DNA of 64,000 nt from Alphaproteobacteria bacterium (GTDB lineage: Bacteria > Pseudomonadota > Alphaproteobacteria > UBA6615), in assembly GCA_965261975.1 (NCBI GenBank), contig CBDHEC010000047.1:78986-142985 (forward strand), in the 5' to 3' direction. The notes below the pieces were generated by a model, which saw only the letters and a program-made list of their open reading frames with translations, made no database searches and was not told the origin of the DNA. Positions 58,305-64,000 of this stretch are shown piece by piece. Position 1 is the stretch's first letter; each line of letters begins with the position of its first letter. A program made the position numbers and the translations under genes.

Positions 58305-59171
58305 TTATTCGGCAGCGTCCGTGCCCTCGAGCACACTCAGGTCCGGCTTCGATCCCCAGGCGCAGAAGGACGCGTCGTTGACCGGGAACTGGCGTGCACG
58401 CCATGTGTCGTCAACCATCCGAACCCCGCAGGAATACTCGTAGATCATTTCGTCGGGTCCGTAGAAATACAGGAACCGTGCCCCCGAGAGTGAATGCCGC
58501 CCGGGCCCTGCTTGTATGCGCACCTGGTGGTCGCGCAGAAAATAGTTTGACCGCATGACGTCGTCGGTCTCCGACACCTGAAAATTGATGTGCTGGATGC
58601 CGGGCCTGTCGGACGGGAAAAGGGCAAAGCGATGATGCACCTCATCGAAGGTCATCAACGCCGACCAGCCGATCCAGTCGCTGGTTTTGAAGTTAAAGAC
58701 CTCGGACCAGAACTTCTCCGCTTCGCGCGGATCGGTGACCGCGAGCCCGATATGACTGAATTCGTCGATTCCGGCGTCGCGACCGGGAAAGTAGCGGCGC
58801 CCGGACGCAAACGGCCGCACCGTCAGATCGATCGAGTTGCCGCTCGGGTCCTTGAAGTTGATATAGCCCATGCAACGCCGGGCGGCGGCCTCCTCGTCGC
58901 TGCCGCGATAGACATCGAGTCCGGCGGCGGACAGCGCCGATTCTGCCGCATCGAGCTCCTCGAAACCGTCCAGTTCGAGACCCAGTGTGTGGTCAGTCGG
59001 GTCGCCTTCGAAGTAGCAAATATTGTGGTCCCGGTCGTCGCCGCGCATATAGACGAACCCATTCTCGCGCCCGACCTCTTCCAGGCCGATCATGTTGGTG
59101 GCGAATTTGACGGTTTCCCCGAGATTTGCCGTTCCCAGCCGACAATATCGAAAGCCCACAATATTGATCAT
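58305..59171 (-). CDS. VOC extradiol ring-cleavage dioxygenase (CmtC/DhbA-like), copy 1
   Basis: Same motifs as its neighbour. Confidence 0.8.
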   Translation of the reverse strand: MINIVGFRYCRLGTANLGETVKFATNMIGLEEVGRENGFVYMRGDDRDHNICYFEGDPTDHTLGLELDGFEELDAAESALSAAGLDVYRGSDEEAAARRCMGYINFKDPSGNSIDLTVRPFASGRRYFPGRDAGIDEFSHIGLAVTDPREAEKFWSEVFNFKTSDWIGWSALMTFDEVHHRFALFPSDRPGIQHINFQVSETDDVMRSNYFLRDHQVRIQAGPGRHSLSGARFLYFYGPDEMIYEYSCGVRMVDDTWRARQFPVNDASFCAWGSKPDLSVLEGTDAAE

Positions 59172-59240
59172 GACGATTCTCCAGAGTTTGGATGTCAGTC
59201 TATCGAACTTGTGCGGGGCTGACGACCATACGGACCGGCC

Positions 59241-59256
59241 TTAAACAATTGTTAAC
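59241..59256 (+). promoter_or_regulatory. CtrA box TTAA-N7-TTAAC
   Basis: TTAA-ACAATTG-TTAAC, perfect consensus in high-GC background. Confidence 0.7.
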
Positions 59257-59339
59257 CAAAGTCCGAATAGGTTGAGGTGTTGGAAATCCGCGCCTTCCGC
59301 GCGTGGGAAAGATGACCTGACCGGCTGAGAGTAAGGGAT

Positions 59340-62300
59340 TTGGGAACCGCACTAGAGATCAGCGATTGGGATACAGCCGACGGCAATTCGGGTGTCGCGG
59401 ATGACATGTATGCGCCGCTGGCAACCGCATTTTCCCATTTGCAGGATTCCGCGATTGTCTATTCGGTCGACGGCGAGATCGTTGTCTGGAACGCCGGTGC
59501 GGAGGATCTTTTCGGATACACGTTCGATGAGGGCCGTCGGCGCGATGTCAGCTTTCTCTGCACGCCCGAAGATTCCGGGGATACGCTGAAACTGTTCACC
59601 CGTGCATTGTCCGCGCAACCCGTCGAACCCCGCCAGGTGGACCGCATTCGCAAGGATGGCACGCCGGTTCGCGTATCGGTCCGCGTGAGCCCGCTGGAGA
59701 ATGCCGCTGGAGAGATTTTCGGCGTCCTGTTTCTGGCGCGCGATATATCGTCAGAGGCGGCACGCGAGCAACAGCTGACAGAGTTGATGTTGCGTGAACG
59801 CAACATCGCGGCGCTCGTTCCCGACGCGATCTACGTGCACCGCAACGGCAAGGTGTTGTGGGCCAATCCGGCCGCGGTCGAATTATACGGTGCTCGGTCA
59901 CAAACCGATCTTGTCGGGCGCTCGGCCTGGGATCTGATTGTTCCCGAGGATCTGCCGAAGGTCCTGGAACGCCACAGCGAGCTCGGCAGTCCGTCGGAAT
60001 CGGACCCGATCTATATTCGCCGGATGCGTCTTGACGGTGTGGAGTTTCCCTCCCAAGGCCGGGGCGCCGAAATCATCTGGGAAGATGAACCAGCGACACT
60101 GATGGTGGTGCGCGATCTCAGTGATCATGAACGGACCGTGTCCGCGCTGGTCGAGAGTGAAACGCGCCAGCGGGATTTCGCCGAAATCAGCCCGGATGCC
60201 GTGATTGTCCATGTTGACGGCGAGATCGTTTTTGCCAACCAGGCGGCTGCGGACATGTTCGCAGCGACGGGTGCCGATCAGTTGATTGGCCTTCAGAATT
60301 CCAGTCTCGTGACGCCCGAGGACTGGGCGCGCGTCGTCGAAAGCTGGGACAACGATTCGTCGGTGCCCGGGTCGGATTTCCTGCAAGTCGAACAAGTGCG
60401 TTTTGATGGTTCCACGTTTCAGGGCCAGGGGCGGGCCAAGCCGATCATCTGGGATGGTCAGGATGCGCTTCTGGTGGTGATCAGGGATGTCACGGAACAG
60501 ATTGAAAAGGAACTTGCCCTGCGCGAAGCCGAGGCACGCCAGCGCGATTTCGCGGCAATCAGTCCCGACGCGATGCTGGTTCATGTCGACGGGGAAATCG
60601 TGTTTGTGAATGAGGCCGCCTTACGGATGTTCCGCGCGGATTCCGAAACGAGTCTCATCGGCCGGCAGGTGATAGAGACCATTCACCCCGACGACCGGGG
60701 AATTCTGCAGAATAATATCGACACGGCGCTCGATGACCAGCGCTCTGACTTCTTCGAAGTACGCCGTTTGCGGCTGGACGGTACGATTTTCCTGGGCGAA
60801 GGCCGGTTCCGGACGGTTGACTGGAAGGGCTCAGCGGGCGTGCTGGTCGTTATTCGGGATGTCACGGAGAAGGTGGCGGCCCAGAATGCGCTCTTGGAAA
60901 GCGAAGAGCGGTACCGTCAGATCGTCGATGTGACACCGGATGCCGTCCTCGTCCACGTAGATGACGAAATTGTCTTCGCCAACCATGCGGCGGCCGCGAT
61001 GCTCGGCACCGCCACCGCGCGGAATCTCGTCGGCCGGAAGATGATGGAGCTTGTGCCTCCCGACGAGCGTGTGCGCGCGATGGAGCGCCGGAGCAGGGTT
61101 GCTGCCGAGGGCATTGTGGCGCTCGATACACTTCCACGATGCCGTCTCGATGGCAGCGAATTCATGACTGAAGTGATCGGCAGCCAGTATGTCTGGGATG
61201 GCGTGCCGGCGATCCTGACCATCATGCGCGACATCACCGAGCGTCTCGAAGGTGAGCGCGCCCGGGAACTCCTTGAACAACGCAACCGTGACATTCTTGA
61301 TCTCTCGCCCGAGGCGATCCTCGTGCATTGCGGCGGCGACATTGTTTTCGCAAACCCCGCCGCCGCACGCATGTTCGGCGGGCAAAACGTGCAGGACATC
61401 ATCGGGCGCCCCATCATGGATCTCGTGCATCCCGAAGAGCATGAAACCATTTTGACGTCGCGCAAGAAAATGAGCATTGGCGACACATTCGAGGAACGGG
61501 AGATTCGCCGGTTGCGGCTGGACGGAAGTGATTTCTACACCCGCGCCACCGGGGCACTGATTGATTGGGATGGCGAGCAGGGATTCATTGTCATCGCCAG
61601 CGATATCACCGATGAGCGGGCGGCCAAGAAAGAATTACAGCTCCGGACCGACAAACTCGAAAGTGCGAATGCGGAGCTGGAACGATTTGCCTATGTGGCC
61701 TCACATGATCTGAAAGAGCCGCTGCGCATGGTCTCGAGCTTTTGTGGTCTCCTGCAAGAACGCTACGCAGACCAGCTCGACGAACAGGCCGGTGAGTTCA
61801 TTGGGTTTGCTGTCGACGGCGCGCGTCGCATGCAGGGATTGATCGATGATCTGATGAAGCTGTCACAGACCGGTACGTCGGGTCTTGAGGCAACGACGGT
61901 GGATCTGAACCATGTCCTGGACGAGGTGAAACTCAATCTGGCCGCGCAGGTTGAGGGGGCCGCTGCGGAAGTCAGGACCGAGAAACTGCCTGTCGTTCTG
62001 GGCGACCGAACCCTGTTGCTCCAGCTGTTCCAGAACCTGGTTTCGAACGGCATCAAGTTTCGTTCCGAGGCGGCGCCGGTGATTGATATTCGCCACACTC
62101 AACGAGGCGGCGAGGACATGTTCTCCGTTTCGGACAATGGTATTGGCCTGGACCCGCGCCATCATGAACGCGTGTTTGAGGTGTTCAATACGTTGAACCC
62201 GCGTGGTCAGTTCGAAGGCAACGGCGTCGGGCTTTCGATTTGCAAGAAAGTCGTCGAACGCCACGGTGGCAAGATCTGGGTTGAATCTGAACCGGGGAGA

Positions 62301-62354
62301 GGCACCAGTTTCTGGTTCACGCTTCCCGCGCAGCTAGAGGAAGAAATGAAATGA
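59340..62354 (+). CDS. Cytoplasmic histidine kinase with six PAS domains
   Basis: Six PD/AI.VH..G.IVFAN repeats; FAYVASHDLKEPLR, NLVSNGIKF, DNGIG, GVGLSIC. Confidence 0.92.
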   Translation: MGTALEISDWDTADGNSGVADDMYAPLATAFSHLQDSAIVYSVDGEIVVWNAGAEDLFGYTFDEGRRRDVSFLCTPEDSGDTLKLFTRALSAQPVEPRQVDRIRKDGTPVRVSVRVSPLENAAGEIFGVLFLARDISSEAAREQQLTELMLRERNIAALVPDAIYVHRNGKVLWANPAAVELYGARSQTDLVGRSAWDLIVPEDLPKVLERHSELGSPSESDPIYIRRMRLDGVEFPSQGRGAEIIWEDEPATLMVVRDLSDHERTVSALVESETRQRDFAEISPDAVIVHVDGEIVFANQAAADMFAATGADQLIGLQNSSLVTPEDWARVVESWDNDSSVPGSDFLQVEQVRFDGSTFQGQGRAKPIIWDGQDALLVVIRDVTEQIEKELALREAEARQRDFAAISPDAMLVHVDGEIVFVNEAALRMFRADSETSLIGRQVIETIHPDDRGILQNNIDTALDDQRSDFFEVRRLRLDGTIFLGEGRFRTVDWKGSAGVLVVIRDVTEKVAAQNALLESEERYRQIVDVTPDAVLVHVDDEIVFANHAAAAMLGTATARNLVGRKMMELVPPDERVRAMERRSRVAAEGIVALDTLPRCRLDGSEFMTEVIGSQYVWDGVPAILTIMRDITERLEGERARELLEQRNRDILDLSPEAILVHCGGDIVFANPAAARMFGGQNVQDIIGRPIMDLVHPEEHETILTSRKKMSIGDTFEEREIRRLRLDGSDFYTRATGALIDWDGEQGFIVIASDITDERAAKKELQLRTDKLESANAELERFAYVASHDLKEPLRMVSSFCGLLQERYADQLDEQAGEFIGFAVDGARRMQGLIDDLMKLSQTGTSGLEATTVDLNHVLDEVKLNLAAQVEGAAAEVRTEKLPVVLGDRTLLLQLFQNLVSNGIKFRSEAAPVIDIRHTQRGGEDMFSVSDNGIGLDPRHHERVFEVFNTLNPRGQFEGNGVGLSICKKVVERHGGKIWVESEPGRGTSFWFTLPAQLEEEMK

Positions 62355-62794
62355 GCACGTCCAATGCAACGCCGGATATTCTGCTGGTGGAAGACAGTCC
62401 CGGTGACGTGATTCTCGTGCGCGAGGCCCTTAAGGGGCTCGACATGTGTGGCGAGATTCATGTGGTGGGTGACGGCAACGAAGCATTGAGTTTCCTCAAT
62501 CGCGACGAGGGTTTCCCGGATGCGCCGGTACCGGATCTGATTCTCCTGGATTTGAACTTGCCGGGAATGGATGGCCGCGAAGTGCTGCGCGAGGTCAAGG
62601 CGCATCCTGAATGGCACCGGATTCCGGTGGCCGTTCTGAGCACGTCGGAGAACGAAGACGATATTCGGTCGAGCTATGAGTTGAGTGCGAACTGCTACAT
62701 CGTAAAACCGCTGGATCTTGCGAGCTTTCGCCGTGCCATGCGGGCGCTGAATGATTTCTGGTTCTCCGTTGTGAAGTTTCCACCGAAACACTGA
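62351..62794 (+). CDS. Single-domain response regulator (Rcp1-like)
   Basis: LLVEDSPGD, LLDLNLP, ANCYIVKP, FW. Confidence 0.9.
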   Translation: MSTSNATPDILLVEDSPGDVILVREALKGLDMCGEIHVVGDGNEALSFLNRDEGFPDAPVPDLILLDLNLPGMDGREVLREVKAHPEWHRIPVAVLSTSENEDDIRSSYELSANCYIVKPLDLASFRRAMRALNDFWFSVVKFPPKH

Positions 62795-62890
62795 TCCCCG
62801 CTCCCAGACGCAGCCACGGGGCGAGTCGCCCGACCCGGACGGCAGGCATGCTGCGTATCCGGCCGTTATTTCGAGAGCGGTATCATGGCG

Positions 62891-62921
62891 TTAAGTTTTT
62901 GGTAACCAAGGCGGCGTTAAC
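62891..62921 (+). promoter_or_regulatory. CtrA-like box TTAA-N7-GTAAC plus half site GTTAAC
   Basis: One mismatch to consensus, upstream of the hybrid kinase. Confidence 0.55.
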
Positions 62922-62958
62922 CTTTGCTTCACGCCAGAATTGAACAGCGGGTAAGCCT

Positions 62959-64000
62959 TTGCCGATCGAAAATTCCATTCGTGTCCTGATTGTCGAAGAC
63001 AATCCCGGCGATGCGGTGCTTATCCAGCAGCTCATCGCGGGTTTCTCGGACATCACGGTGGAATCTCGGGTCGCCATGAACATCGGGGAGGCGGAAACTC
63101 TTCTGAGCACGGAAGAGTTCTCACTGATTTTCTGTGATCTGGATCTGCCTGACAGCGCCGGGATCGAGACGGTCGGCCGGATTCTGTCGAACTCACAGGC
63201 ATTGCCTGTGATCGTTCTGACAGGTGGTAATTCGAAGCGTACGGCGATCGATGCGATTCGGCTGGGCGCGCAGGACTTTCTCGAAAAAGGCACCGTCACG
63301 ACAGAGTCACTTGAGCGGATTGTGGCGCACAGCCTCGAGCGGCAGTCGTTGAACCGTGCGCTGCAGGACAGTTTGGCAAATCTCGAAGCCGCGAATGCCC
63401 GTTTCGTCAATCTGGTTTCGGATCTCACCGACGCGGTCGTGGTGACCAATCTGGATGGGGTTGTTCTGTTTATCAATCCCGCCGCCGAGAAGCTGTTCGA
63501 GCGGGACTTCTCCGCGGCCGTCGTCGAAACCTGCGGTTTGCCAATGGATTCCAGCGTGCCGGTTGAAATTGGTTTGGCAGACCCGGATGGCGCTGAGCGT
63601 ATTGCCGAGCTTCGCGTGGTTGAGACCCACTGGGATGGGCAGCCCGCGAAACTGGCGTCCCTGCGCGATGTGACGGACCGTAAGCACGGTGAGCGCATGA
63701 TGCAGTCGGCGCAGAAGGCGGCAGAAACGGCAAACGACATGAAATCGCGTTTCCTGGCGAACATGAGCCATGAACTGCGCACGCCTCTCAACTCGATTAT
63801 CGGGTTTTCCGAAGTGATAAAGGACGAAGTATTCGGCGTGATCGGGAATGCCCAGTACCGGGATTATGCCGGTGATATCCATCGTTCCGGCCATCACTTG
63901 CTTTCCCTGATTAACGATCTCCTGGATCTGTCGAAAGCAGAATCAGGCCACTACGAGTTCCCGGAAACCGATTTCGACCTGGTGGTGGCGCTTCAGGAAT
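62959..64000 (+). CDS. REC-PAS-histidine kinase (PleC/DivJ-like HisKA), 3'-partial
   Basis: TTG start [53 protein letters not shown]; runs off the window and is absent from the ORF track. Confidence 0.88.
   Translation, partial: MPIENSIRVLIVEDNPGDAVLIQQLIAGFSDITVESRVAMNIGEAETLLSTEEFSLIFCDLDLPDSAGIETVGRILSNSQALPVIVLTGGNSKRTAIDAIRLGAQDFLEKGTVTTESLERIVAHSLERQSLNRALQDSLANLEAANARFVNLVSDLTDAVVVTNLDGVVLFINPAAEKLFERDFSAAVVETCGLPMDSSVPVEIGLADPDGAERIAELRVVETHWDGQPAKLASLRDVTDRKHGERMMQSAQKAAETANDMKSRFLANMSHELRTPLNSIIGFSEVIKDEVFGVIGNAQYRDYAGDIHRSGHHLLSLINDLLDLSKAESGHYEFPETDFDLVVALQE

Noticed and set aside
1-64000. CRISPR array, IS elements, rRNA, recognisable anti-phage systems
   Set aside because: No repeat-spacer array, transposase or such motifs were seen by eye.

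Overview
High-GC alphaproteobacterial chromosome segment (Rhodospirillales/Rhodobacterales-like by gene content). 1-8741: pagL-like gene, pterin genes, and a singlet-oxygen stress locus (rpoE-chrR plus cfa/FAD-oxidoreductase/DUF1365/SDR, resembling furan fatty acid genes). Five sigmaE-type promoters occur in the window, and one of them drives an unannotated structured intergenic RNA candidate. 8818-44144: tRNA-Arg(CCT) with a ~35.2 kb integrated island bounded by a 54-bp direct repeat. The island has a compact satellite-like core (integrase, unknown gene, Xis/AlpA-like HTH, HTH+DnaA_N replication protein, lambda-like cosQ/cosN motif). Its cargo is metal homeostasis and envelope redox: MCO+ZIP, ZntA/CadA, CopA/CueR, Dsb/Sco/PCuAC, cytochromes and peptidoglycan hydrolases. 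44186-64000: purine/urate catabolism cluster, sigmaE-type MFS/DUF6134 pair, ubiX, a SelW/Rdx selenoprotein with an in-frame UGA that the ORF track missed, tandem CmtC-like extradiol dioxygenases, and PAS histidine kinases with CtrA-type boxes. All calls come from motif reading by eye; no searches were run.
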